The notes under the pieces were generated by a model. That model had not been told where the DNA came from. It ran no database searches and saw nothing but the letters and a program-made list of their open reading frames with translations. Shown in pieces: positions 39,663-50,991 of a stretch of DNA of 64,000 bases; position 1 is the stretch's first letter; each line of letters starts with the position of its first letter. This DNA is from Verrucomicrobiaceae bacterium (GTDB taxonomy: Bacteria; Verrucomicrobiota; Verrucomicrobiia; Verrucomicrobiales; Akkermansiaceae). The DNA is taken from the NCBI GenBank assembly GCA_051252135.1, contig JBPOGH010000003.1, forward strand, positions 128,001 through 192,000, given 5' to 3'. Both the position numbers and the translations under genes were made by a program.

Positions 39663-39853
39663 CCTTCCCACACTCTATCCCCTCCCAATCCATACGGAAA
39701 CGAAAGATCCTCAAATCTTCACCCCCAAATTATGGCGCAATCCCTCCCAAATCCATGGCGCAAAACCTTCCTTTTCACAACATCCTCTTTCCTCTTTGCA
39801 AACTTGAAAGATTCCTCTTTCTAGGCGAGTTTAGAGGGCGACCACCCAAGCTC

Positions 39854-42394
39854 ATGTTTCGTTTTATCCCAGCATTCGCAGCATTATCCCTCCTGACCTC
39901 TCCGGTTTCCGCTCAGAAAACGGCCGCGAAATACTGGGCCTACCAACCCGTCCAAAAAGTTTCCATTCCAAAAATCGAAGACCCCTTCGTTACCAACCCC
40001 ATCGACGCCTTCATCCTCGACGGCCTCCGCCAAAAGAACCTCACCCCCAACCCGCCCGCCAACCCACAACACCTCATCCGCCGCGTCTACTACGACACCA
40101 CCGGACTCCCTCCCTCCCAGGCCCAGCTCAACGACACCGCCAAACCCTGGCCCACCCTCGTCGACGAACTCCTCGCCTCCCCCGCCTTCGGCGAAAAATT
40201 CGCCTCCCACTGGCTCGACCTCGTCCGCTACGCCGAAACCAATGGCTTCGAGCGCGATAGCGATAAACCCCAAATCTGGCGCTACCGCGACTACACCGTC
40301 AACGCCTTCAACACCGACAAACCCTACGACCTCTTCCTCCGCGAACAAATCGCCGGCGACGAACTCCCCAACCCCACCTTCGACTCCCAACTCGCCACCG
40401 GCTTCATGACCCTCATGCAGCGCGATGACGAACCCGCCGACCGCCCCCAGGCCGATGCCGACCAGGTCGGTGACATCGTCGACGTCGTCGGCGAAGCCTT
40501 CATGGGCTCCACCCTCAACTGCGCCAAATGCCACGATCACAAAGGCGACCCCATCACCCAGGCCGACTACTTCTCCGTCATGTCCTTCTTCGATGGCATC
40601 GCCTCCGACCACTTCAAAAACACCAACCACACCTGGACCGATCCCGAAGCCATCCGCCAACACGAACAGCAAAAAAACGACAACCTCGCCCGACTCCAGA
40701 CCCTCTGGTCCACCGTCGACCAATCACCCCTCGCCCCCCTCCTCAAAAAATCCCCCACCGAACAAGCCATCTTCAAGCTCAGCGACCAAACCCATCGCGA
40801 AACCTGGCAGCACTCCTTCATCATCCCCGAAAACCCCGGCTGGTCCCTCCCCTCTTTCGACGCCTCCATCTTCAAAGAAACCCAAGCCCCCTTCACCCGC
40901 CGAAAAAAAGACTTCAATCGCGACAACTCCACCAACTGGCGCCTCGAGAAAAAACTCGTCCTCCGTAAGGAATTCGGCCTCCCGGAAATCCCCTCACAAT
41001 TCCTCATCTACGCCAAAGGACACCTCACCCGCCTCCGCATCCAGCTCAACGGCACCACCGTCTACGATGGCACCCCGCCCAAGACCGACGCCACCCACTT
41101 CATCCCCCTTCCCCAATCCGCCCTCGAACAACTTACCACCGGGCGCAACGTCATCGGCGTCATCGCGGAGACCGACCAAAAGGACAACCTCCTCTTCGAT
41201 CTCGGAGCCTACACCGCCCCCATCAGCGACATCTCCCCCGACGCCCTCGCCCTCACCAACCCCGCCCTCATCACCGCTCTCTACGGCGCCCCCTTCGCCG
41301 AAAAAATGACCGCCCTCCAGCAGCAGCGCATCAAGCTCAGCACCCCCGTCAAAGGCATCCCCTACCTCGGCATCAGGGAACTCGCCAAAATCGACGACCC
41401 CAAAATCCACGAGCGCGGCTCCGTCCACGGCCAGGGCGATCCCGTCCCCATCGACTTCCCCACCTACCTCCCCGAAGTCCCCGAACCAACCCTCGACCCC
41501 ACTTTCTACGAAAAAAATCGTACTCATGGCCGCCGCCTCGCCTTCGCCACCTGGCTCACCCAACCCGACCACCCCCTCACCGCCCGCGTCTGGGTCAACC
41601 GCCTCTGGCAATACACCATGGGCCACGGCCTTGTCGAAACCGCCAATGACTTCGGCGTCTTCGGAACCGGCGTCTCCAACCAAGCCCTCCTCGACTACCT
41701 CTCCAACGAGCTCGTCGCCTCCGGCTGGTCCACCAAACACATCCTCCGGCTCATCCTCAACTCCTCCACCTACCGCCTCTCCACCGCCCACCGCCACGAC
41801 TCCTTCCAGATCGACCCCACCAACAAACTCCAATGGAGACACAACACCCGACGCCTGAGCGCCGAAGAAATCTGGGACACCTACCTCATCCTCACCAAAC
41901 GCCTCAAGCTCGACATGGGCGGCCCACCCGTTCGCCCCCGCATGCCTCAAGCCGTCCTCGCCACCTCCTCCAAACCCCGCTCCGTCTGGCCCGAAACAAA
42001 AGGCCCCGCCGCCTTCCGCCGCGCCCTCTACATCCACGCCAAGCGCTCCATCAAACTCCCCCTCCTCGCCGCCTTCGACTCCCCCGAGCGCGATATCTCC
42101 TGCCCCTCCCGCTTCGCCACCACCGTTCCCACCCAGGCCCTCACCATGCTCAACAGTGAGTATCTCAACGAGCTCGCCCACGCCTTCGCCGACCGCCTCG
42201 ACGGCACCCTCGAAGCCCAAACCCAGCAAGCCTTCCAACTCGCCACCGGCCGCTCCCCCAACACCGAAGAAGCCGCCGAGCTCCAACAACTCACCCAAGA
42301 CCTCCGCACCACCCACCAGGTCCCCGAACCCGAACTCCTCCCCCGCCTCTGCCTCCTCATCCTCAACCTCAACGAAACCATCCACCTAGACTAA
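39854..42394 (+). CDS. DUF1549/DUF1553 (PSCyt2/PSD1) domain protein
   Basis: WAYQP, NPIDAFI, WLDLVRYAET, CAKCHDHK, PLTARVWVNRLWQ and QALTMLN; signal peptide from ATG 39854. Confidence 0.92.
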   Translation: MFRFIPAFAALSLLTSPVSAQKTAAKYWAYQPVQKVSIPKIEDPFVTNPIDAFILDGLRQKNLTPNPPANPQHLIRRVYYDTTGLPPSQAQLNDTAKPWPTLVDELLASPAFGEKFASHWLDLVRYAETNGFERDSDKPQIWRYRDYTVNAFNTDKPYDLFLREQIAGDELPNPTFDSQLATGFMTLMQRDDEPADRPQADADQVGDIVDVVGEAFMGSTLNCAKCHDHKGDPITQADYFSVMSFFDGIASDHFKNTNHTWTDPEAIRQHEQQKNDNLARLQTLWSTVDQSPLAPLLKKSPTEQAIFKLSDQTHRETWQHSFIIPENPGWSLPSFDASIFKETQAPFTRRKKDFNRDNSTNWRLEKKLVLRKEFGLPEIPSQFLIYAKGHLTRLRIQLNGTTVYDGTPPKTDATHFIPLPQSALEQLTTGRNVIGVIAETDQKDNLLFDLGAYTAPISDISPDALALTNPALITALYGAPFAEKMTALQQQRIKLSTPVKGIPYLGIRELAKIDDPKIHERGSVHGQGDPVPIDFPTYLPEVPEPTLDPTFYEKNRTHGRRLAFATWLTQPDHPLTARVWVNRLWQYTMGHGLVETANDFGVFGTGVSNQALLDYLSNELVASGWSTKHILRLILNSSTYRLSTAHRHDSFQIDPTNKLQWRHNTRRLSAEEIWDTYLILTKRLKLDMGGPPVRPRMPQAVLATSSKPRSVWPETKGPAAFRRALYIHAKRSIKLPLLAAFDSPERDISCPSRFATTVPTQALTMLNSEYLNELAHAFADRLDGTLEAQTQQAFQLATGRSPNTEEAAELQQLTQDLRTTHQVPEPELLPRLCLLILNLNETIHLD

Positions 42395-42630
42395 CCAATA
42401 AGGAGAGCGGGCATTCCTGCCCGCTTCCCCCCAACCAAGCCCCCAGTTCGTAGTGTAGGCTTTAGCCGAACTCCCCCATCCAAGCCCCCCCAACCAAGCC
42501 CCCTCAACCAAGCCCCCCATCCAAGCAATTCCCAATCCCTAATTTTAAATTCCAAATTCTCTCCTCCTCAACCAGGAAAAAATCTGCGCCCATCTGCGTA
42601 ATCTGCGGATAGCCCACCTCACCAACCACC

Positions 42631-44061
42631 ATGTTCTGCCATCGCACCAACCGCCGCGAATTCCTCTCCAACGTCGGAGGAGGATTCACCCAACTCGCCC
42701 TCGCCGGAATGCTCGCCAAAGACGGCCTCTTCCCCCAGGCCCACGCCGCCGGACACAATCCCGCCATCCCCGAGCCCTACCACACCCCCAAGGCCAAAAG
42801 CGTCATCTTCCTCTTCATGTACGGCGGCCCCTCCCACATCGATACCTTCGACCACAAGCCCGCCATGAAAGGCATGGACGGCAAGACCGTCGAAGTGAAA
42901 ACCTTCGGACGCGGCGGCAAAAAGAACGAAGGCCGTATCGTCGAACCCAAATGGGACTTCCACCCCCACGGTGAGTGCGGAAAAATGGTCTCCACCCTCT
43001 TCCCCCACGTTGCGGAGTGCGTCGATGACATCGCCTTCATCCACTCCCTCCAGGCCGAATCCCCCATCCACGGATCCGCCATGCTCATGATGAACTCCGG
43101 CTCCCTCATCAGCGGAAAACCCTCCCTCGGCTCCTGGGTCAACTACGGCCTCGGCAACCCCAACGAAAACCTCCCCGGATACGTCGTCATGCTCGATGAA
43201 ACCGGCGGCCCTATCTCCGGAGCGAAAAACTGGTCCGCCGGCTTCATGCCCGCCAACTACCAGGGCACCGTCTTCCGCTCAAAAGGCGAACCCATCCTCG
43301 ACCTCCAAAACGCCTCCGGCATGCCCCGCGATGAGCAATACCGCATCATCCAATCCCTCAACGACCTCAACCAACACCACCTCGACGACCGCTACGGCGA
43401 CTCCAACCTCGCCGCCCGCATCTCCTCCTACGAGCTCGCCTACAAAATGCAGGCCGCCGCACCCGAGGCCATCGAACTCGCCCAGGAATCAGACGCCACC
43501 AAGGCCCTCTACGGCATGGACCAACCCCGCACCGCCGACTTCGGAAAAAAATGCCTCCTCGCCCGACGCCTCGTCGAGCGCGGCACCCCCTTCATCCAAA
43601 TCTACTCCGGCGGCGCTCATAACGATGACAACTGGGACGCCCACGGCGACCTCGAAAAAAACCACAACCACCACGCCGGCCGCACCGACAAAGCCATCGC
43701 CGGACTCCTCAAGGACCTCAAACTCCGCGGCCTCCTCGACGAAACCCTCGTCGTCTGGGGCGGTGAGTTCGGCCGCCAACCCACCGCCGAGTATGCCAAA
43801 GGCACCGGCCGCGACCACAACTCCGCCGGCTTCACCATGTGGATGGCCGGCGGCGGCATCAAAGGCGGCGTCAGCATCGGCCAAACCGACGAACTCGGTT
43901 CCGCCGCCGTCGAAAATAAATTCCACGTCAAACACCTCCACGCCACCATCCTCCACCAAATGGGCCTCGACCCCAACGCCCTCTCCTACTTCCACGCCGG
44001 CCTCGATGAAAAACTCGTCGGCGTCGAAGGAGCCGACCCCATCTCCGAAATCATCGCCTAA
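42631..44061 (+). CDS. DUF1501 family protein with Tat signal
   Basis: NRREFL, AKSVIFLFMYGGPSHIDTFD, WDAH, GEFGR and GRDHN. Confidence 0.92.
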   Translation: MFCHRTNRREFLSNVGGGFTQLALAGMLAKDGLFPQAHAAGHNPAIPEPYHTPKAKSVIFLFMYGGPSHIDTFDHKPAMKGMDGKTVEVKTFGRGGKKNEGRIVEPKWDFHPHGECGKMVSTLFPHVAECVDDIAFIHSLQAESPIHGSAMLMMNSGSLISGKPSLGSWVNYGLGNPNENLPGYVVMLDETGGPISGAKNWSAGFMPANYQGTVFRSKGEPILDLQNASGMPRDEQYRIIQSLNDLNQHHLDDRYGDSNLAARISSYELAYKMQAAAPEAIELAQESDATKALYGMDQPRTADFGKKCLLARRLVERGTPFIQIYSGGAHNDDNWDAHGDLEKNHNHHAGRTDKAIAGLLKDLKLRGLLDETLVVWGGEFGRQPTAEYAKGTGRDHNSAGFTMWMAGGGIKGGVSIGQTDELGSAAVENKFHVKHLHATILHQMGLDPNALSYFHAGLDEKLVGVEGADPISEIIA

Positions 44062-44119
44062 CTTCCCTCCTAATTCCATCATCGACAATCATCCCCCAAT
44101 TAGTCATTATTGGCACTAA

Positions 44120-45148
44120 TTGAAAGCGATTGTCAAAAACGATTCCACTCCCGGCGTCTCCCTCCTCGACGTCCCCGAGCCCACCATCTCCTCCCGCGAG
44201 GTCCTCATCAGGATCGATCGCACCGGCATCTGCGGCACCGACCTCCACATCTACAAATGGGACGCCTGGGCCCAAAAAACCATCCCCGTCCCCCTCATCA
44301 TCGGACACGAGTTCGTCGGCGAAATCGTCGAGATCGGCTCCGAGGTCGACTACCTCAAGCCCGGCGATCTCGTCTCCGGCGAAGGACACCTCATCTGCGG
44401 CCGCTGCCGCAACTGCCTCGCCGGTCGCCGCCATTATTGCAAGGACACCGCCGGCGTCGGCGTCACCGCACCCGGAGCCTTCGCCGAATACCTCGCCCTC
44501 CCCGCCACCAACGTCTGGAAGCTCGCCCCCGACATCCCCCGTGACCTCGCCGCCATCTTCGATCCCTTCGGAAACGCCACCCACACCGCCCTCACCTTCC
44601 CCCTCATTGGCGAGGACGTCCTCATCACCGGCGCCGGCCCCATCGGCTGCATGTCCGCCGCCATCGCCAGACACGCCGGCGCACGACACATCGTCGTCAC
44701 TGATCTCGATGACACCCGCCTCGCCCTCGCCCGCACCCTCGGCGCCACCCGCACCATCAATGTCACCCGCGAAAAAGTCGCCGACGTTCAAAAAGAACTC
44801 CGCATGACCGAGGGCTTCGATGTCGGACTCGAAATGTCCGGCAACAAAAACGCCTTCAACGACCTCGTCGACAACATGATCCACGGCGGAAAAATCGCCC
44901 TCCTCGGCATCCCCGATCCCGGCGTCGCCATCGACTGGAATCAGGTCGTCTTCAACTCCCTCACCATCAAGGGAATCTACGGCCGCCGCATGTACGAAAC
45001 ATGGTATCAAATGACCTCCATGATCCAGTCCGGCCTCAACATCGCCCCCGTCATCACCCACCGCTTCTCCTACCGCGACTACGAGGAAGGCTTCCGCACC
45101 ATGGCCGCCGGCTCCTGCGGAAAAGTCCTCCTCCACTGGCAAGACTAA
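44120..45148 (+). CDS. tdh: L-threonine 3-dehydrogenase (TTG start)
   Basis: [34 protein letters not shown] and [11 protein letters not shown]. Confidence 0.96.
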   Translation: MKAIVKNDSTPGVSLLDVPEPTISSREVLIRIDRTGICGTDLHIYKWDAWAQKTIPVPLIIGHEFVGEIVEIGSEVDYLKPGDLVSGEGHLICGRCRNCLAGRRHYCKDTAGVGVTAPGAFAEYLALPATNVWKLAPDIPRDLAAIFDPFGNATHTALTFPLIGEDVLITGAGPIGCMSAAIARHAGARHIVVTDLDDTRLALARTLGATRTINVTREKVADVQKELRMTEGFDVGLEMSGNKNAFNDLVDNMIHGGKIALLGIPDPGVAIDWNQVVFNSLTIKGIYGRRMYETWYQMTSMIQSGLNIAPVITHRFSYRDYEEGFRTMAAGSCGKVLLHWQD

Positions 45149-45161
45149 CCCTCTCAACACT

Positions 45162-46358
45162 ATGCTCACCTCCGCCTTCCAATCCCAACTTCAATCCACC
45201 CTCACGGAAATCATAGACCACGGCCTCTACAAAAAAGAACGCCTAATCACTTCCGCCCAGGACGCTGAAATCACCCTCGCCGATGGCTCCCGCGTCATCA
45301 ACATGTGCGCCAACAACTACCTCGGCCTCGCCAACCACCCCGCCATCAGGGAAGCCGCCACCAAAGCCATCGAGCACTACGGCTACGGCCTCTCCTCCGT
45401 CCGCTTCATCTGCGGAACCCAGGACCTCCACACCCAACTCGAGGCCGCCCTCACCACCTTCCTCGGAACCGAGGACACCATCCTCTACCCCTCCTGCTTC
45501 GATGCCAACGGAGGCCTCTTCGAAACCCTCCTCACCGCCGATGACGCCGTCATCTCCGACTCCCTCAACCACGCCTCCATCATCGATGGCGTCCGCCTCT
45601 GCAAAGCCAAACGCTACCGCTACGCAAACAACGACCTCGCCGATCTCGAAGCCAACCTCAAGCAAGCCCGCGCCGACGGAGCACGCCACATCCTCATCAC
45701 CTCCGATGGGGTCTTCTCCATGGATGGCACCATCGCAGACCTCGCCGGCATCCACGCCCTCGCCCAAAAATATGAAGCCCTCGTCCACTTCGATGACTGC
45801 CACGCCACCGGCTTCCTCGGCGAAAAAGGTCGCGGCACCCACGAGCACTGCGGCCTCTTCGGCAAGATCGACCTCACCACCGGCACCCTCGGCAAAGCCC
45901 TCGGCGGAGCCTCCGGCGGCTACACCTCCGGTAAAAAGGAAATCATCGAACTCCTCCGCCAACGCTCCCGCCCCTACCTCTTTTCTAACAGCATCGCCCC
46001 ACCCATCGCCGCCGCCTCCCTCCGCGTCCTCGAACTTCTAACAGAATCTACCGACCTCGCCGATCTCGTCAAAACCAACGCCCTCTACTTCCGCGAAAGC
46101 ATCGCCTCCTCCGGCCTCACCGTCTCCGGCACCGAACACCCCATCACCCCCGTCATCCTCGGCGATGCCAAACTCTCCCAGGACTTCTCCGCCAAGCTCC
46201 TCCAAAAAAACATCTACGCCATCGGCTTCTTCTTCCCCGTCGTCCCCCAAGGCACCGCCCGCATCCGCACCCAAATCTCCGCCGCCCACACCCGCGACCA
46301 CCTCGACCAAGCCCTCGAAGCCTTCACCCAAACCGCCCAAGACCTCGCCATCATCTAA
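45162..46358 (+). CDS. kbl: 2-amino-3-ketobutyrate CoA ligase (glycine C-acetyltransferase)
   Basis: [40 protein letters not shown] and [11 protein letters not shown]. Confidence 0.96.
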   Translation: MLTSAFQSQLQSTLTEIIDHGLYKKERLITSAQDAEITLADGSRVINMCANNYLGLANHPAIREAATKAIEHYGYGLSSVRFICGTQDLHTQLEAALTTFLGTEDTILYPSCFDANGGLFETLLTADDAVISDSLNHASIIDGVRLCKAKRYRYANNDLADLEANLKQARADGARHILITSDGVFSMDGTIADLAGIHALAQKYEALVHFDDCHATGFLGEKGRGTHEHCGLFGKIDLTTGTLGKALGGASGGYTSGKKEIIELLRQRSRPYLFSNSIAPPIAAASLRVLELLTESTDLADLVKTNALYFRESIASSGLTVSGTEHPITPVILGDAKLSQDFSAKLLQKNIYAIGFFFPVVPQGTARIRTQISAAHTRDHLDQALEAFTQTAQDLAII

Positions 46359-46367
46359 ACCTCCCTC

Positions 46368-46735
46368 CCAATTGGCCAACGGCCATAAACATACCAGCAC
46401 AGGGCAACGCCCTGTGATCCCCCACCCCGTCCCCTATGTGCGCCAACGGCGGACGATAAACCCCACGCACACACCCATCGCCTCCTCGCCCCCCAATTGG
46501 CCAAAGGCCATCAACATACCAGCACAGGGCAACGCCCTGTGATCCCCCACCTCGTTCATAATGTGCGCCAACGGCGGACGATAAACCCCACGCACACCCC
46601 AACGCCTCCTCGCCCCCCAATTGGCCAACGGCCATCAACATACCAGCACAGGGCAACGCCCTGTGATTCCCCACCTCGTCCCCTTTGTGCGCCAACGGCG
46701 GACGATAAACCCCACGCACACCCCAACGCCTCCTT
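46368..46735 (+). repeat. Three tandem ~124-bp three-hairpin repeats upstream of tnpA
   Basis: Units start at 46368, 46493 and 46617. Hairpins GGCC-AA(C/A)-GGCC, CACAGGGC-AAC-GCCCTGTG and CGCC-AAC-GGCG. Confidence 0.95.
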
Positions 46736-46771
46736 GCCCCACGATCAGCCACCGTCTAAAATCAAACGGTC

Positions 46772-47224
46772 ATGCCCCAATCACTTTCGGAAGTCATCGT
46801 CCATTTCATCTTCAGCACCCGAAACCGCGCTCCCCTCATTGACTCTCATATCCGCCCGGACCTCCACGCCTACCTCGCAACTGCCATCCGCGAAAACGAC
46901 TGCGAAGCCTACCGCATCGGAGGAACCACCGATCACGTCCACCTCGCCCTTCGCCTATCGCGTAAAATCAGCCAAAGCGACATCGTCCAAACAATCAAAC
47001 AAAGCTCCTCAATGTGGATTAAAACCAAGGGCCCTCAATACAAAAACTTCCACTGGCAAAACGGCTACGGAGCCTTCTCCGTCAGCCCCTCTCACCTCGA
47101 CAAACTCATCGCCTACATCGCCAACCAAGAGGAACACCACCGCACAAAAACCTTCAAGGAAGAATACCTCACCTTCCTCAAACGCTACCGCATCACCTAC
47201 GACGAAAAATACCTCTGGGACTAA
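46772..47224 (+). mobile_element. tnpA: IS200/IS605-family Y1 (HUH) transposase, RAYT-like context
   Basis: HFIFSTRNR, HUH motif DHVHL, WQNGYGAFSVS and the catalytic Tyr in YIANQEEHH. Confidence 0.93.
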
Positions 47225-47277
47225 CCTCCCCCTCCCCCTTGTCCAGAAGTCATCAACATCCTCTCACCTCCTCCCCT

Positions 47278-47500
47278 TTGGCCAAAGGCCATAAACATAC
47301 CAGCACAGGGCAACGCCCTGTGATCCCCCACCCCGTCCCCTATGTGCGCCAACGGCGGACGACATACCCCTCGCACACCCCAACGCCTCATCACCCTCCC
47401 AATTGGCCAAGGGCCATCAACATACCAGCCCGGTCCAAAGGGCCGGGACTTTCCACCCCAAAGGGAATGTGCGCCAACGGCGGACGATAAACCCCTCGCC
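47278..47500 (+). repeat. Two further units downstream of tnpA, the last with a swapped central hairpin
   Basis: Units at about 47278 and 47399; the fifth has CCCGGTCC-AAA-GGGCCGGG as its central stem. Confidence 0.9.
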
Positions 47501-47588
47501 CACCCCACATTTCCCCTTGCCCGGATCCCCCTCACCTCCAAACTCACTCCCCAATAATCCCAGCCTCCCGCACAAATAGAAAAATCAA

Positions 47589-48134
47589 ATGAACTATCTT
47601 GCAAGTATCGGCAGAACGATGGCCTTCCGCTTGGGTTTCGCGGGAATCCTCCTTCACATCTCACTCACCGCCGCAGCCATCTGCCTCGTCATTTGGCTCC
47701 CTTTTTCCATCTGGGGATACCTCGGCGACATGCGCCTTCCCGCCCTCCTCATCTCAGAGGGAAAAGTCATCGACGCCCCACTCGTCAATCGCTTCAACGA
47801 GCGCTACGACAAACGCAAATCCGCCTACCGATGCTACCTCGGTTTCGAAGACTACGCGATCACCCACTACCGCGACCAAAATCCGCGCAAGCTTGAGTAT
47901 CTCAGAATCTACAAACACCCGGTCCTCAGGAACGAACCCGAAACGCCCCTCAGAATCGTCGAGGTCCCCGAAAACATTACGGAAGAATCCGTCTACTACG
48001 CCGCCACCGGTCGGACCCTCCCGACCGCCACCGCATTCCTCATCGGCCAAATCCTTCTCACCATCCTGACCATCTACCTCGCCATCAAAGGCTACTGGCT
48101 CATCAAAGGAAAAAAAGGTCGCCGCAGACATTGA
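47589..48134 (+). CDS. Hypothetical membrane protein
   Basis: N- and C-terminal TM helices; host-like codon usage. Confidence 0.65.
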   Translation: MNYLASIGRTMAFRLGFAGILLHISLTAAAICLVIWLPFSIWGYLGDMRLPALLISEGKVIDAPLVNRFNERYDKRKSAYRCYLGFEDYAITHYRDQNPRKLEYLRIYKHPVLRNEPETPLRIVEVPENITEESVYYAATGRTLPTATAFLIGQILLTILTIYLAIKGYWLIKGKKGRRRH

Positions 48135-48199
48135 ACCCAATCGTCTCTCTCCCCACTTTTCCCCTTGCCCCCACTCCCTTCCAGCCGAAGGTTCCCAAA

Positions 48200-48982
48200 A
48201 TGACGTCCCTCCACCTCACGGCCCTCTTCCTCGCCCTCACCCTCCTCCCCACCCAAGCCGCGGAACCCATCCGCGATATCAAATACGACACCAAACACGA
48301 ACGCAACGTCCTCGACCTCTGGCCCGCCCTCAGCAAAGACAAACCTGCCCCCGTCTACGTCTTCTTCCACGGCGGCGGCTTCCGCAACGGCGATAAAACC
48401 CAACTCGAAAAAAACCGCCGCGAAACCATCGACACCTTCCGCAACGCCGGCTTCGCCGTCATCAGCTGCAACTACCCCTTCCTCGACAAAAAAACCGACC
48501 ACCGCCAAATCGCAAACCACTGCGCCCGCGCCGTCCAATTCATCCGATCCCAATCCAAGGAATGGAATATCGACCCCAAAAGACTCTGCTGCGGCGGCGT
48601 CTCCGCCGGCGCCCTCATCAGCGAATTCCTCGGCTACCATGACGACTTCGCCGACCCCAAATCCTCCGACCCCGTCACCCGCCAAAGCTCCCGCCCCGCC
48701 GTCGTCGCCAGCATCATGCAACCCATCGGCACCCGCGACTTCGCCCTCCGCTTCATGGACAAAGGCGAAGCCCCCCTCTTCATCTACACCAACGCCAGGC
48801 CCACCGACCGCATCCACCCGCCCGCCCAAGCCATCGCCATTCGCGATAAAGCCAAATCCCTCAACATCCCCTGCCTCTGCTACGGCGGAGGCCGCAACGC
48901 CCTCCCCCAACCACCCCAAGACAAAACCTGGCTCGACCACAAACTCGCCTTCTTCCTCAAACACCTCCCCAAAGAGAAGTAG
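48200..48982 (+). CDS. Secreted alpha/beta hydrolase (esterase/lipase)
   Basis: LDLW, FHGGGF and GVSAG nucleophile; signal peptide from ATG 48200. Confidence 0.85.
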   Translation: MTSLHLTALFLALTLLPTQAAEPIRDIKYDTKHERNVLDLWPALSKDKPAPVYVFFHGGGFRNGDKTQLEKNRRETIDTFRNAGFAVISCNYPFLDKKTDHRQIANHCARAVQFIRSQSKEWNIDPKRLCCGGVSAGALISEFLGYHDDFADPKSSDPVTRQSSRPAVVASIMQPIGTRDFALRFMDKGEAPLFIYTNARPTDRIHPPAQAIAIRDKAKSLNIPCLCYGGGRNALPQPPQDKTWLDHKLAFFLKHLPKEK

Positions 48983-49000
48983 TCCAAAAAACGTCCCCAC

Positions 49001-49678
49001 ATGAGCGAAGAGAATCCCAAGCCCAAGCAGCTCCACGCTGGCCTCTTGATCGCCCTCTCCTTTCTCGCCTTCGTTGTCACCTACACCCTCGATCAGACCC
49101 TCCGTTGGACCGACCATCTCCTGGGATTTATCACCGGGCTCTTTTACTCCCTCATCTTTGGAGCAGCTTGGATCGTCATCTACGTCCTTCCGTGGACCCT
49201 CCTCATCACCTGGCTCTATCGCCGCAACAAATGGCAACGCTTCCGCAGCGCCTGGGTCTTTCTCCTGTCCCTCTCATGGCCAATCCTCATCCTCACCAGC
49301 CTTCTCACCGACCCACCCACGCCCCACGCCAGATTCAAAAGAATCACCGATGTTGACCTCCCCGCAGAAATCAAAAACCTGCACTGGCACTTCAGAGGAG
49401 GCGGCATGGCCGACATCACCGATGTCTACCTCTTCGAAACGACTCCCGAGGAACTTGATCGCCTGATCGTAAAAATGAACCTCAAGCAAGAGGACAAGTC
49501 ACACGAAACGTTCGACCCCAACGACAACCGGTTCACCAACTTTCCACCGATCGAACCTTGGAAAAAACCCAAGCGCTACACCGGCGGAATCGATGGTCCT
49601 GTCGCCCCAAACCCATCCTTTCGCCTCGTAACAAACGAAGCTCGCACTCAAGCCCACCTCACCATTTCTACATGGTAA
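49001..49678 (+). CDS. Hypothetical membrane protein
   Basis: Three TM helices followed by a soluble domain. Confidence 0.65.
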   Translation: MSEENPKPKQLHAGLLIALSFLAFVVTYTLDQTLRWTDHLLGFITGLFYSLIFGAAWIVIYVLPWTLLITWLYRRNKWQRFRSAWVFLLSLSWPILILTSLLTDPPTPHARFKRITDVDLPAEIKNLHWHFRGGGMADITDVYLFETTPEELDRLIVKMNLKQEDKSHETFDPNDNRFTNFPPIEPWKKPKRYTGGIDGPVAPNPSFRLVTNEARTQAHLTISTW

Positions 49679-49754
49679 CTTCTCAGACCAAATCCTACCC
49701 ACGACGAAGCTAAAAACTCACCCCCTCCCCAGCCGCCACTCCTCAGCCCGGGTC

Positions 49755-49822
49755 GCAGTGAGGCACGAACAAAGGCCCGGGAACCCATCCCCGAAAACAT
49801 CCCAGCCCTTAAAGGGCGAGAC
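49755..49822 (+). repeat. REP-like element of the three-hairpin class (partial)
   Basis: AG+CCCGGGTC...GGCCCGGG, about 23 nt, then GCCCT-TAA-AGGGC. Confidence 0.55.
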
Positions 49823-49881
49823 ACACCGGTTCACCGAAAAGGGCGACTCATCAATACCGGCAACTTGCTGGAATTCTCGGT

Positions 49882-50529
49882 CTATCGTTCAACCTTCTGA
49901 TGCATAATGACGTGTTGGGGCCATTCCGACCATTTGGCAGGCTTCCATTCAAGATCTCCATGAAGGTTACCGCTGGAATCCGAGAATCTACCACAAAAGG
50001 TCCATTCATCCTTATGTTGGAGCCACAGCAACAAGCCAAAATAATACTCTCCCTTCCCCAATAGAGTGCCCTCGCGAATGTTGATGAATGATGCACCCCA
50101 CGAACTCCCCGCGTAACCGATAGCCATCTCGCCATCCCCAAGATCGACTGCCTCACCTCCCGGGTCCTGCAGGATAATTCGGAATCGATAATCGACTGCC
50201 GCCAATACCGCCAACTCTGCGATCGCTATGCTCGGCATCAGCCATAAGAGCGACCCGGAGAGGAATCGGCGAATCCAGAGCCCCAAGCCCACAACACTGG
50301 TCACAACACCTCCTACCAGTAGCAGGATGTTGCTGGAATACATCGTCAGCGAGTAGGGCAGCTCGAAAAGGATGACGAGGCTTGCCACTGATACCGCTAA
50401 CAATAGTACGATCAGCCAGCTAGAAACAACGCGGCGGTCTCGATACCAGAAAAGGCAAAAAATCCCAACAGCGAGAGGAAAGGACACAGCAACGTGCCAA
50501 ATTGCAACAAGGACATCAACGAAACCCAT
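49882..50529 (-). CDS. Hypothetical membrane protein (unskewed DNA)
   Basis: Four TM helices; composition differs from the host. Confidence 0.6.
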   Translation of the reverse strand: MGFVDVLVAIWHVAVSFPLAVGIFCLFWYRDRRVVSSWLIVLLLAVSVASLVILFELPYSLTMYSSNILLLVGGVVTSVVGLGLWIRRFLSGSLLWLMPSIAIAELAVLAAVDYRFRIILQDPGGEAVDLGDGEMAIGYAGSSWGASFINIREGTLLGKGEYYFGLLLWLQHKDEWTFCGRFSDSSGNLHGDLEWKPAKWSEWPQHVIMHQKVER

Positions 50530-50619
50530 TTTGATTGAAGGATAGGAACCAAAGGTCCACTCGGTTGACTGAACCTATCTCACCAAATTTCAAAATCCAG
50601 ACAACTTATCCCCCCCTCC

Positions 50620-50991
50620 TCAGTGATCTCTGGGACTTTTCGTACAAACCCGGTCCGTCTCCCACCGGATATGACAAGAACCACAAACGAAACGAATCGG
50701 CTCGCCACGCACCTTCCTATCTTGCTTAAGAGGCGCCATACCACACTGAGGGCACTTGAGCATTCTGGATGCCGCAATCATCATCACTACCGAGACGAAA
50801 AAAAGCGCCCCCAAAATAATCCGCGTCGTCGTCTGATCAAAAACGACATCATCATCAAACAGATGAAACATCGTCGCCCCCAACGCCCCGATAAAGAGAA
50901 AACCCGCCATCGACACCACGACCTTGTATGCCGTCGGAGGATTCCACGGAATCGTTTGCATATCTTCTTCAGGATTCTTCATCGAAATCAT
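50620..50991 (-). CDS. Hypothetical 2-TM protein with zinc ribbon
   Basis: Two TM helices followed by CPQC...CGSC. Confidence 0.6.
   Translation of the reverse strand: MISMKNPEEDMQTIPWNPPTAYKVVVSMAGFLFIGALGATMFHLFDDDVVFDQTTTRIILGALFFVSVVMMIAASRMLKCPQCGMAPLKQDRKVRGEPIRFVCGSCHIRWETDRVCTKSPRDH

Noticed and set aside
39653..39853. N-terminal extensions in the ORF track (also 34694, 52701, 57114, 12349, 21020)
   Set aside because: They run through intergenic, repeat or neighbouring-gene DNA; internal starts give proper signal peptides or gene coupling.
46368..47500. CRISPR or mini-array next to tnpA
   Set aside because: The ~124-bp units are mostly conserved, the variable parts are short C-rich linkers, and there is no tnpB or cas gene.
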